A stretch of 64,000 nt of DNA from Candidatus Azambacteria bacterium. GTDB lineage: Bacteria; Patescibacteriota; Minisyncoccia; GWC2-36-17; WO2-46-25. Under the pieces are notes generated by a model. That model was given only the letters and a program-made list of their open reading frames with translations, searched no databases and had not been told where the DNA came from. Position numbers and translations under genes: made by a program. Below, piece after piece: positions 25,023-34,529 of this stretch (position 1 is the first letter of the stretch; the number at the start of each line of letters is the position of its first letter). The stretch covers positions 5,713 to 69,712 of the forward strand of contig JACRAK010000025.1 of NCBI GenBank assembly GCA_016234725.1, in the 5' to 3' direction.

Positions 25023-26117
25023 ATGGGAGAAGTGTTGTATAGGAAATATCGCCCCACCGGCTTCGATGAGGTCATCGGGCAGGAGCACATCGTGCAAACG
25101 CTCAAAAACGCCATTACACAGGGCGCGGTAGCGCATGCGTATCTGTTCGTAGGGCCGCGGGGGACCGGCAAGACCACGCTTGCGCGTATCCTCGCTAAGG
25201 CGGTCAATTGCCCGAATGCGGCAAAGCATAAAGGCGAGCCGTGCAATGCGTGCCAGAATTGCGAAGATATCGCATCGGGCAGGGCGCTTGATATCATCGA
25301 GATAGACGCGGCATCAAACAGAGGCATTGATGAAATACGCGAGTTGCGCGAAGGCGCGCGCCTGTCGCCGACGCAGATGAGATACAAGGTATATATCATC
25401 GACGAAGCGCATCAGCTCACCAAAGAAGCGTTCAACGCATTGCTGAAAACGCTTGAAGAACCGCCCGCGCATGTGATATTCATTCTTGCCACTACGGCGG
25501 CCGACAAAATGCCTCCGACCATTCTTTCGCGCGTTCAGCGGTTCGATTTCAAGAAATTCTCCGTGGCGCAGATCGAGGCAAAGCTCGCAAAGATCCTCGC
25601 GCAGGAAAAAGTGAAAGCGGAAGCGGGCGCGGTGCGCATGATAGCGCACGCGGCGGAAGGCGGTCTGCGCGACGCAGAATCAATGCTTACTCAAGTGCTT
25701 TCGCACACGCAAGGAACGCTCACTGAAAAAACAGTGCAAAGCGTGCTTGGCGTGGCGAGTTTCAAGCAGGTCGGCGATCTTATCGATCTTATCGCGAAAG
25801 GGGACTTAAAAGAGATGCTCGTGTATATCAACACATTCCACAACGAAGGCGGAAGCGCGGAGGAGTTCTTGAAATCGCTTGCACAATACACGCGCAAAAT
25901 GACCTTGCTTAAGATAGACGCAGACATGCGCGAAAGCGTGGTTCCCGAATTGACCGAGGAGCAATTTTCCGCTATGGTGGCGCAAGCCAAGCGGTTTGAA
26001 CTCGCCGCTCTGCGCCGCATGTGCGAGGCGCTCATCGAAGCGCAGGAGAACGCAAAAAGGACATCTCTGCCTCTTCTCCCGCTTGAGCTCGCGCTGATGA
26101 AGATAAGCGAGAAATAG
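25023..26117 (+). CDS. dnaX: DNA polymerase III subunit gamma/tau (short form)
   Basis: YRPTGFDEVIGQEHIV..., Walker A GPRGTGKTT, and the Zn module CPNAAKHKGEPCNACQNC. Confidence 0.88.
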   Translation: MGEVLYRKYRPTGFDEVIGQEHIVQTLKNAITQGAVAHAYLFVGPRGTGKTTLARILAKAVNCPNAAKHKGEPCNACQNCEDIASGRALDIIEIDAASNRGIDEIRELREGARLSPTQMRYKVYIIDEAHQLTKEAFNALLKTLEEPPAHVIFILATTAADKMPPTILSRVQRFDFKKFSVAQIEAKLAKILAQEKVKAEAGAVRMIAHAAEGGLRDAESMLTQVLSHTQGTLTEKTVQSVLGVASFKQVGDLIDLIAKGDLKEMLVYINTFHNEGGSAEEFLKSLAQYTRKMTLLKIDADMRESVVPELTEEQFSAMVAQAKRFELAALRRMCEALIEAQENAKRTSLPLLPLELALMKISEK

Positions 26118-26127
26118 GCTTATATTG

Positions 26128-26195
26128 CCGGGTCGTCTAACGGTAGGACAGCGCCCTTTGAAGGCGTTTATCGGGGTCCGAATCCCTGCCCGGCA
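26128..26195 (+). tRNA. tRNA-Gln (anticodon UUG)
   Basis: Acceptor GCCGGGT/GCCCGGC, anticodon stem GCGCC/GGCGT with loop CTTTGAA, and T-arm GGGGT-CCGAATC-CCTGC. Confidence 0.75.
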
Positions 26196-26199
26196 ACAA

Positions 26200-26505
26200 A
26201 TGAAACTTAAGCACGATAAATATAAAAAAGCGCGAGGAGGATATTCTCGGCTGTTAAGTATTTCTTGTCAAAAGTGTGATTCTTCAATTTGTCTGTATCA
26301 GAAAGATGGCTCAGGAAATTTACGGAGAATGTACATAGATCGAATTATCGAATCAAAAGTCTCTCTCGTAAGAAAAGATTTAACGTGTCCGAAAGGTCAT
26401 TTAGTAGGAGTTAAGACAATCTACGAAAAAGAAAACAGACCCGCATTTAGGCTTTTTGTTGATTCAATTGTAAAAAAGATTATTAAGGCTCGAGTAAAGC
26501 TTTAA
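26200..26505 (+). CDS. Hypothetical Cys-containing small protein (AT-rich islet)
   Basis: ATG at 26200 immediately after tRNA-Gln; the longer ORF from 26125 would overlap the tRNA. Low GC. Contains a CQKCDSSIC motif. Confidence 0.35.
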   Translation: MKLKHDKYKKARGGYSRLLSISCQKCDSSICLYQKDGSGNLRRMYIDRIIESKVSLVRKDLTCPKGHLVGVKTIYEKENRPAFRLFVDSIVKKIIKARVKL

Positions 26506-26566
26506 TATCGCGCATAGCCTCTAATTCTCGGTAAGAGCATCGCAACAAACTTGACATATATCATAT

Positions 26567-26941
26567 ATGATATATACTAAAAACAACGAATATTCTGTAA
26601 GGTTTTACAAAGATGCCGACGGTAATATTCCTGTCTTAGAATATATTGATGATCTTTCTACTAAGGAAAGGGCGAAGGTTTTAAAATATATTGAATTTTT
26701 AAGGGAACATGAAGGAGTGCTGGATGAGCCATATGCAAAGCACATTACAGGAAAGATAAGAGAATTAAGGGTGGATTTTGCGAAAAGCAGGCACAGGATC
26801 TTTTATTTTACGTTCATCGGGAAAACGATTATCTTATTACACGCTTTTTTAAAGAAAACCGCGAAAACACCGGTGAGTGAAATAAGACGCGCCGAAGAAA
26901 ATTATAATGATGCGATACATAATAAAAACATCTATGCATAA
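26567..26941 (+). CDS. higB: Type II toxin, HigB/Gp49-like (RelE/ParE superfamily)
   Basis: Pattern ..ITGKIRELRVDFAKSRHRIFYFTF..KTIILLHAFLKKTAKTPVSEIRRAEENY typical of the Gp49/HigB killer protein. Immediately upstream of an XRE-HTH gene. Confidence 0.55.
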   Translation: MIYTKNNEYSVRFYKDADGNIPVLEYIDDLSTKERAKVLKYIEFLREHEGVLDEPYAKHITGKIRELRVDFAKSRHRIFYFTFIGKTIILLHAFLKKTAKTPVSEIRRAEENYNDAIHNKNIYA

Positions 26942-27239
26942 GAAAAAACAATCAAAAAAAACTATAGATTTTCAGGAATATCTTTCAGGGCAATTAAAAA
27001 ACGCAACAGTAAAAAAGCATTACCATGAATACGGCAAGCAGCTTGAAATTGCCTATGAGATTGTGCAACTGCGGAAGAAAGAAAAGATGTCTCAATCGGA
27101 GCTTGCCAAGAGAATCGGTACCAGCCAGAGCAATATTGCGCGTATGGAGGCAGGGGAACAGAATTTTACGACAGACACCCTGCAAAAAATAGCAGTTGCT
27201 TTTAAACGCGATCTCAAAGTGGAATTTGTCGGGAGATAG
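26907..27239 (+). CDS. higA: XRE-family HTH antitoxin (HigA-like)
   Basis: HTH MSQSELAKRIGTSQSNIARMEAGEQNFTTDTLQKIAVAF. Overlaps the toxin stop. The start may be an internal Met near 26934. Confidence 0.55.
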   Translation: MMRYIIKTSMHKKKQSKKTIDFQEYLSGQLKNATVKKHYHEYGKQLEIAYEIVQLRKKEKMSQSELAKRIGTSQSNIARMEAGEQNFTTDTLQKIAVAFKRDLKVEFVGR

Positions 27240-27294
27240 ATTAAGGTATTTATCAGAGCTCGAATCCATCCTGCCCTGCAACATTAGTATTTTC

Positions 27295-27762
27295 ATGCCA
27301 CATATTCACGAAAAAATTGATTTTGTCGCAGATGTCTTTGTGGTCTACAAAGACAAGGTTTTGATCCGGAAACATGACAAACATAATATGTGGCTTGCAG
27401 TGGGCGGACATATCGAGTTTGATGAAGATCCTAACCAAGCCGCCATCAGAGAGGTAAAAGAAGAGGTTGGTCTTGATGTGGTATTGGCGGGAGCGCCGAT
27501 AGAGCATAAAGCAGAATGGGGTTCCGGAAAAGAATTGACTCCGCCGCGGTTCATGAATATTCATGCGATAACGCCGACCCATCAGCATATATCGCTGGTA
27601 TATTTTGCCAGATCACATTCAGACGCGATCGTCGATGAGGGGAGAGAAAAGAGCAACGGATGCAAATGGTTCAACAAAGAAGATCTTGAAAAGAACGAAG
27701 AGGGAATATCCGAGCAGATCAGATCATACGCGCATGCCGCGCTTGAAGAATTGGGAGAGTAA
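27295..27762 (+). CDS. NUDIX hydrolase
   Basis: Nudix box [26 protein letters not shown]. The start is placed at the internal Met (MPHIHEK) to avoid overlap with higA. Confidence 0.65.
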   Translation: MPHIHEKIDFVADVFVVYKDKVLIRKHDKHNMWLAVGGHIEFDEDPNQAAIREVKEEVGLDVVLAGAPIEHKAEWGSGKELTPPRFMNIHAITPTHQHISLVYFARSHSDAIVDEGREKSNGCKWFNKEDLEKNEEGISEQIRSYAHAALEELGE

Positions 27763-27777
27763 ATTGCCGATAACATC

Positions 27778-29599
27778 TATGAAACGATCACCAGCTTCAC
27801 AATTTCTCAATCGGTTGAATACGGAGTATTTTGCGTTGCATAAAGAATACGAGAAGTATTTTTGGATCTCGTATATGGGCGATCAGTCGGTAAATGCGAA
27901 AAAAGACCGCGCGCTTGCACAGCGCGATGCGTTCCGCGCAGAGCAAAAAAACGTCAAAAAAATAAAAGCGCTTTTCCCTGATGCCACTGCTCAGGAAAAA
28001 AAGCGTCTGGTGCTGTGGTTGAAATTTTTCGATTGCTATCAAGCTCCTAAAGACGCATTGCCGCTGAAAAATAAAATAAGCGCGCGCGAATCCGCACTGC
28101 TGAAAAAACAGGCAAAGCGAAAGGAAGGGTATATCGATCCGTATACCAAAAAATTCGTCCCCGCATCGGCCGTGAAAATGGCTATGATCATTGCGACACA
28201 CAGCGATGAAAAGATGCGCAAAGCGTGTTTTATGGCGCGCGAGAAGCTCGCCACCGATTTTATTCTCGAGTACATCGAGCTTGTGAATTTACGCAATGCA
28301 TACGCCCAGAAGCTCGGATATCAGGATTTTTATGATTATAAGGTTCAGCGGGAAGACGGCATGACAAAAAAAGAGCTCTTTGCGATCTTTACCGCCATTT
28401 ACGAAAAAACAAAATACGCAAAAAAGAATATCAGGGCATTGGAAAAGACCATGCCCGGTCTGCGCAAACCATGGAACTTCGGCTATATGATGGCGGGCGA
28501 TTTTACGAAAGAAGAAGATCCGTTTTTTCAATTTGATGAGGCGCTGACCCGCTGGGGTCGGTCGTTTGCCGCGCTCGGCGTTGATTTCAAAGGAGGAAAA
28601 CTGCAACTCGACCTTTTAGATAGAAAAGGGAAGTGGAACAATGGTTTTTGCCATTGGCCCGATATGGTGTCGTTTAAAAACGGAAAACGTATGCCGGGAA
28701 GCTCGAATTTCACCTGCAATGTCGTGTTCGGGCAGGTTGGCTCGGGGTTTAATGGCATTCATACGCTGTTTCACGAAGGCGGACATGCGGCGCATATGCT
28801 CAACAGCGAACAGGAAGATGTATGCGTGAATCATGAATACGCGCCCATGTCGATGGCGTGGGCGGAAACGCAAAGCATGTTCATGGATGCAATGTTTGGC
28901 AGTATCGAGTGGCGGAATCGCTATGCGGTAAACGCCGCAGGCGAGCCATATCCGTTTGAACTGTTTCAGCGAAAAACAAAAAAACTGCATCCGCTTCGCC
29001 CGCTTGGCATCAATGGCATTATGTTCGTGTCCAATTTCGAACGGGAAATATATGAAACAAAAGATCTGAATGCGGAGAAGGTAAAGACGATCGCGAAGAA
29101 AAACTTCAAGAAATATTTCGATCGGTCGGAAGATTCGCTATATGCTCTTACTGTGCCGCATGTTTATGCATGGGAAAGTTCCGGATCGTATCACGGTTAC
29201 GGGCTTGCAGAGATCGCCGTGAAGCAGTGGCGAGAGTATTTTTACAAAAAGTACGGCTACATTGTAGATAATCCAAGGGTGGGTGCAGAAATGGCGCGCG
29301 TGTGGGCGCTTGGCTCGGCACAGACATTCAATGAATTCGTCCAGTTCGCAATAGGCAAAAAGTTGAGCGCAGATGCGCTGTTAAAAAATATGACCGCTTC
29401 CATCGGCGAGATCGTCCGCACGGGTAAGCAAAGGATTGCCCGGCTTCAGAAAGTGAAGCCGTATGCAAAGAAGGTGCAGTTGGGTGCGGATATAAAAATG
29501 GTCAGCGGGAAAAAGACGATCGCCACGAATAAAAAAAGTTTCGAAGATATGGCGGGGAAATACAAGCAATGGCTGAAAACACAACGACATGATGCATAA
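27778..29599 (+). CDS. M3 family oligoendopeptidase (PepF-like)
   Basis: Zinc site HEGGHAAH plus a downstream Glu, about 600 aa. The start is placed at Met 27778; the ORF-track start at 27605 overlaps the Nudix gene. Confidence 0.6.
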
Positions 29600-29777
29600 A
29601 AAAGGCGGCGAAAGCCGCTTTATGTTTGGTTGTAAAATGATGGGAAATGAGGCATGATGGGAATGTAATCGTCGGTTTAAATATTGTCCTTGTCCCCATT
29701 TTCCCCCGCAACTTCACTGGCCAGTGGATGGCTTGTGGGGGCAACGGAGAAGTTGCGCAAGAAGGCAGTTGGGATAA

Positions 29778-30383
29778 TTGGAAACAACTACAACTTTGAA
29801 TATGGAAAATGAAAATGTAAAAAATACCGTCTTTGTCTTTATAGACGCATCAAATTTATGGGAGGCCTTTAAGGCAAAAGGAAGGTTTATTGATTATGAG
29901 AGCACAATAAAACATATCAATCAAGAATTTGGCGCAAGCACTATCAAAACTTTTTATTACACTGCATATCCCGCAGACGGAACAAGAACATACAATTTAG
30001 ATGAGAAGCATAAATTTTTTACATATCTGAAAAAAGGATTAGGATTTGCTGTGATTAAGAAAGAGCTCAAAAGAATTAAGGTTGTGAATAAAGATGGAGA
30101 AAGAATAGAGGAAAAAGGGAATATGGATGTGGAAATAACAATTGATGTCCTTCACCACTTCAAAAAATATAACACCGCGGTGTTTTTTACTGGTGATTCT
30201 GATTTCCTTGCCCTTGTAACTTATTTAAGAAATCACGGGAAAAAGGTATTTATTTTTTCCTCAAAGAATAATATATCTCAAGAATTAAGGACTGGAGCAG
30301 ATGGATATACCGATATTTTGGGTATTGATGGTATATGGGGTAGAGAGCTAAAACACAGAGGGGAACTGGAAAAAGGGATATAA
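29778..30383 (+). CDS. NYN domain (LabA-like) putative ribonuclease
   Basis: VFVFIDASNLW...VITIDVLHH...FFTGDSDFLALVTYLRNHGKKVFIF pattern of PF01936. Confidence 0.55.
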   Translation: METTTTLNMENENVKNTVFVFIDASNLWEAFKAKGRFIDYESTIKHINQEFGASTIKTFYYTAYPADGTRTYNLDEKHKFFTYLKKGLGFAVIKKELKRIKVVNKDGERIEEKGNMDVEITIDVLHHFKKYNTAVFFTGDSDFLALVTYLRNHGKKVFIFSSKNNISQELRTGADGYTDILGIDGIWGRELKHRGELEKGI

Positions 30384-30387
30384 AAAA

Positions 30388-30417
30388 GTCACCCTCCGCG
30401 AGGAGGGTGACTCTTGG
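30388..30417 (+). terminator. Hairpin terminator-like structure after the NYN gene
   Basis: GTCACCCTCC-GCGA-GGAGGGTGAC, a perfect 10-bp stem. The downstream T-run is weak. Confidence 0.4.
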
Positions 30418-30604
30418 ATGTAATACCCTTTCAGTTATGAGTAAACCGAAAGACATCATCAGTATATACAAATTAAAATTAAGAGTCAATGGTTTATGCA
30501 CAGTATGGTAATCTCAATGTTATTCTGTAAAACAGCGCAAAAGAGTCGATTTCCTTTATAATAAAAGGGTTTTAACGTTTCAGTTGAGAAATTGATAAAT
30601 AAAT

Positions 30605-33600
30605 ATGAGCAATTTGTTTATAACTTACATCCAATCAATCTCAAGCAAGTTTTCTCATAAAGAGACAAGCGAGATGGGTTATCGCGCCGATTTTGAAATA
30701 CTCCTTAAAGGTGTTTTTGAGTCAATTAATGTCAAGCGCATTGATCACGATGCCCGGGCAAAGCAAGGAAACAAACCGGATTTTGTTGTTCTAAAAGGCG
30801 ATATTCCAATTCTTTATATTGAAGCAAAAGACATTGGCGTTTCTCTGGATAAAATAGAAAAATCAGAGCAGATGGTTCGTTATTTTGGATATTCAAACCT
30901 CGTACTTACTGATTATCTTGAGTTTCGTTTTTATAGGAACGGTCTATCTTACGGAGAGCCAATCAAAATCGGAGAATACAACCTTAAAGAAAGAACTTTA
31001 AAAGCCATCCCTGAAAATTATGAGCTAGTTGCAAAAACTCTGATTGATTTCGCGCAATCTCACAAAGAGCCGATAAAATCCGGCGCTCACCTTGCTAAAA
31101 TAATGGGCGGCAAAGCGCAAAGAATCAGAGATAATGTTAGCCAATTTCTTGCTATTGATTCAGACCAAAACAAGGAGCTCGCGCGAGTGTACGATGCGAT
31201 TAAGAAAATGCTCGTACACGACTTAACGCTTCCGACATTTGCAGATATGTACGCGCAGACGCTTGTTTATGGATTATTTGTTGCTCGTTATTATGACGAT
31301 TCTTCCGATACTTTTTCTCGCCAAGAAGCACGTGAGCTTGTTCCGGCTTCAAATCCGTTTTTGCAGCACTTTTTTGACCATATTGCGGGACCAAATTTTG
31401 ATAAGCGTTTGAGTTATATCGTTGACGAATTATGTGAGGTTTTTCAGCACGCCGATACAAAAAAACTCGTTGAAGAATATATGGATGATGCCGACCCCAT
31501 CATTCACTTCTACGAAGATTTCCTAAAAGAATATGACCCCGAGTTGCGCAAACGAATGGGGGCTTATTACACGCCGCTTCCGGTCGTGAATTTTATCGTC
31601 CGTTCGGTTGATCAGATTTTGCGAAAGGATTTCGGGCTTGCGCAAGGACTCGCAGATACTTCTAAATTAGCCGATGGAAAACACAAGGTGCAAATTCTTG
31701 ATCCGGCGGTCGGCACAGGAACATTCATTAGCGCCACGATCCGAATAATTTACGAACGCTTACTTGCGCAGAAACAGGAGGGGCGTTGGCCGGCATATGT
31801 TCACAACGAGCTTCTCCCGCGACTGCACGGCTTTGAGCTGATGATGGCTCCCTATACTATCGCTCACTTGAAATTAAGCTTGGCCTTCAAACAAACCGGC
31901 TTTTGGAAATTCCATCGTCGCTTGGGTATCTACCTCACCAACTCTCTTGAACAGTCAGCAAATCAGCAAAATCTTTTATCATTTGGATTTGCCGAAAGCA
32001 TCGCGGAGGAAGCAAAGCAAGCGGCGGTCATCAAGAATGATACACCGATCATGGTTGTGCTCGGCAATCCACCATACTCCGGAGAATCAAGCAATGCATT
32101 TTACTCAGGACACGATGTCTACAAGACAGAGCCAATGGGCGGTAAACTCAAGGAAAAAAATAGTAAGTGGCTGAATGATGACTATGTAAAGTTTATTCGT
32201 CTCGCCGAGACTTACATTGAAAAAAATGACGAAGGCATCGCGGCTATGATTACAGCTCACGGCTATCTAGATAACCCAACATTTAGAGGCATGCGTTGGC
32301 ATTTAATGCAAACTTTTGATGATATTTATTTACTCGACTTGCATGGAAACGCGAACAAAAAGGAGAAAGCGCCTGACGGCGGTGAAGATAAGAATGTATT
32401 TGATATCAAAACTGGGGTGGCGATTCTGATTGGTGTTAAGCGCCGAAAAGTGTCGAATGAAAAACTTGCTAAAATTTTTCGTGCCGAGTGTTTCGGCTCG
32501 CGAAAAGCAAAATTCAACTTTTTGGACTCTAGCTCTTTCGGTAGTGTTTCTTGGCAGGAAATTATACCAACGGCGCCGAAATACGCATGGATAGAACAAG
32601 ATGAAAAAGTTCGAGCGGAATATGAGAGGGGATTTTCGTTGAACGAACTCTTTCAGTTGAAAAATACGGGCGTTGTAACGAAGCGAGATAAACTTTGCAT
32701 CCAAGAATCACCCGAAGCTGTATGGCAGTCGGTTCAAGATTTTCTCGATCTTCCAGAGTCAGAAGTTAGAAGCAAATACAAAATACCCGCTGATGTTCGC
32801 GATTGGAAATACGACTGGGCGAAGCAGGATTTACTGAAAAGTGGCCCTTCTGAAAAAAACATCGTGCCGATTAGTTACCGTCCGTTTGATACTCGGTTTA
32901 TATACTATACAGGACGTGCGCGTGGTTTTGTGGGGTGGCCGGTCGAGAGGATAGGCCGACATTACGTGACTAGAGAGAACGTCGGGTTTCTCATTACCAA
33001 AGCACTCCGAGACGCGGATTACCATCACGTTTTCGCAACCCGCACAATCTCTGAGGTCATCTTTTTGTCCGGCATCACGGCGTCCAATGCAATAAATATG
33101 CCGCTTTACCTGTATATGGATGACGGCTCTCGTGCGCCGAATCTCAAGAAAGAAATTGTTGCTGAAATAGAAAAAACTGTTGGCAAAGTCACGCCTGAGG
33201 ATATTTTTGATTATATTTACGCAGTTTTGCACTCGCCGATATACAGAGAAAAATATAAAGAATTTCTCAAAATAGATTTTCCGCGCGTGCCGTATCCGAA
33301 AGATAAAAAACAATTTGACGCGCTAGTCGCGCTAGGGCGCGAGCTCCGGGAAATTCATTTGCTTGAATCTCCAAAAGTTGGCCAATTCATCACAACCTAT
33401 CCAGTTTCCGGTTCCGATACTGTTGAAAAAATCTCATATGAAGATGGCAAGGTATTTATCAACTTAGAGCAATATTTTGGTGATGTTCCGGAGATAGCAT
33501 GGAATTTCTTTATCGGCGGCTACCAGCCTGCCCAAAAATGGCTCAAAGACCGCAAAGGCCGCACGCTTTCAAATTCCGATATTGAGCACTATCAGAAAAT

Positions 33601-33655
33601 TATCGTTGCCCTTATCGAAACTAATAGAATTATGAAAGAAATAGACAAAGTATGA
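30605..33655 (+). CDS. Type IIL/IIG single-chain restriction-modification enzyme (MmeI-like: PD-ExK nuclease, N6-adenine methyltransferase, target-recognition domain)
   Basis: N-terminal PD-(D/E)xK (PDFVVLKGDIPILYIEAKD). Methyltransferase motif I ILDPAVGTGTFI and motif IV LGNPPYSGES. 1016 aa. Confidence 0.7.
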   Translation: MSNLFITYIQSISSKFSHKETSEMGYRADFEILLKGVFESINVKRIDHDARAKQGNKPDFVVLKGDIPILYIEAKDIGVSLDKIEKSEQMVRYFGYSNLVLTDYLEFRFYRNGLSYGEPIKIGEYNLKERTLKAIPENYELVAKTLIDFAQSHKEPIKSGAHLAKIMGGKAQRIRDNVSQFLAIDSDQNKELARVYDAIKKMLVHDLTLPTFADMYAQTLVYGLFVARYYDDSSDTFSRQEARELVPASNPFLQHFFDHIAGPNFDKRLSYIVDELCEVFQHADTKKLVEEYMDDADPIIHFYEDFLKEYDPELRKRMGAYYTPLPVVNFIVRSVDQILRKDFGLAQGLADTSKLADGKHKVQILDPAVGTGTFISATIRIIYERLLAQKQEGRWPAYVHNELLPRLHGFELMMAPYTIAHLKLSLAFKQTGFWKFHRRLGIYLTNSLEQSANQQNLLSFGFAESIAEEAKQAAVIKNDTPIMVVLGNPPYSGESSNAFYSGHDVYKTEPMGGKLKEKNSKWLNDDYVKFIRLAETYIEKNDEGIAAMITAHGYLDNPTFRGMRWHLMQTFDDIYLLDLHGNANKKEKAPDGGEDKNVFDIKTGVAILIGVKRRKVSNEKLAKIFRAECFGSRKAKFNFLDSSSFGSVSWQEIIPTAPKYAWIEQDEKVRAEYERGFSLNELFQLKNTGVVTKRDKLCIQESPEAVWQSVQDFLDLPESEVRSKYKIPADVRDWKYDWAKQDLLKSGPSEKNIVPISYRPFDTRFIYYTGRARGFVGWPVERIGRHYVTRENVGFLITKALRDADYHHVFATRTISEVIFLSGITASNAINMPLYLYMDDGSRAPNLKKEIVAEIEKTVGKVTPEDIFDYIYAVLHSPIYREKYKEFLKIDFPRVPYPKDKKQFDALVALGRELREIHLLESPKVGQFITTYPVSGSDTVEKISYEDGKVFINLEQYFGDVPEIAWNFFIGGYQPAQKWLKDRKGRTLSNSDIEHYQKIIVALIETNRIMKEIDKV

Positions 33656-34173
33656 ATTTTCTAGGATATTTTTTACAATACACTGCTGATTATTTCTTAA
33701 AAATAGATGGGGTGGTTGCCCTCGTTGTTGGCTATTTATTTGCACGATGGAAATTTAAATTTGAGTCAATACATGAAAGGAGATTAGAAGTAATAGAGGA
33801 GGCGTATTCTAAATTAAAATTGGTAAACCGTTCTTTCCGATCGCTGACCGCTCCATTGCAAGAAGTTGGTGATTTGAGCGAGAGCGAGAAGGAAAAAGAT
33901 TTTGTCAGCAAAGCAAATGACATGTTTATTTATCTTGACACAAAGAAACTGTTTTTTAGTAGCGAGGAGCAAAAGAATATAGATATAATAACGAATAAGT
34001 TTTTTGAAACATGGAATAGTTACCGTTATAAAAATGATATTAAAAACGACCCAGGTTCACAAAAAGAAATAACGCGCTTATATAAAGAAATTTGGGACTC
34101 CACAAGTAAGGAAATGCCCGGGCTGATTTTATCGTTAGAAAAAATATTTAAGAAAGCGCTTGGACTGAAATAA
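33652..34173 (+). CDS. Hypothetical protein with an N-terminal TM helix, translationally coupled to the restriction-modification gene
   Basis: ATGA overlap with the restriction-modification stop. Very AT-rich. No recognisable domain. Confidence 0.4.
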   Translation: MNFLGYFLQYTADYFLKIDGVVALVVGYLFARWKFKFESIHERRLEVIEEAYSKLKLVNRSFRSLTAPLQEVGDLSESEKEKDFVSKANDMFIYLDTKKLFFSSEEQKNIDIITNKFFETWNSYRYKNDIKNDPGSQKEITRLYKEIWDSTSKEMPGLILSLEKIFKKALGLK

Positions 34174-34186
34174 CTAAAAACACAAT

Positions 34187-34408
34187 ATGAAGGTAATGTT
34201 TTTAGATGAATCAGGTGGTCATAGTTTGATCAAAATCGACGAGCAATTTAAAGTATCACTCAATACACTCGGCATTCCCAATGAAATATATATCTATCCA
34301 GGCGTGGGGCATGCATTTGCCAACCCCTCCGGCGCAAACTATGCTCCGAAAGAAACGATGGACGCATGGGAAAAAACGCTTACATTCCTAAAAACGCATT
34401 TGCGATAG
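34187..34408 (+). pseudogene. C-terminal fragment of a dienelactone hydrolase family protein
   Basis: Only the last 73 aa or so of a dienelactone-hydrolase fold (..IYIYPGVGHAFANPSG...DAWEKTLTFLKTHL). No upstream catalytic domain in frame. Confidence 0.5.
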
Positions 34409-34529
34409 GGTACCGCGATTGCTCATTTATATCCTCATAACCGTGAAAACAGGTACTTTTTTAGCGTTTTTCACGGTTATGTTGACTTTACGGATATTAT
34501 TGTATATAATCATATATATCTGAAAATAT

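Noticed and set aside
26125-26199. 5' extension of the ORF at 26125 across tRNA-Gln
   Set aside because: It overlaps a confidently folded tRNA. The internal ATG at 26200, directly after the tRNA, is the plausible start.
27605-27777. 5' extension of the peptidase ORF overlapping the Nudix gene
   Set aside because: The upstream part overlaps the Nudix CDS in another frame. Met at 27778 gives a standard-length M3 peptidase.
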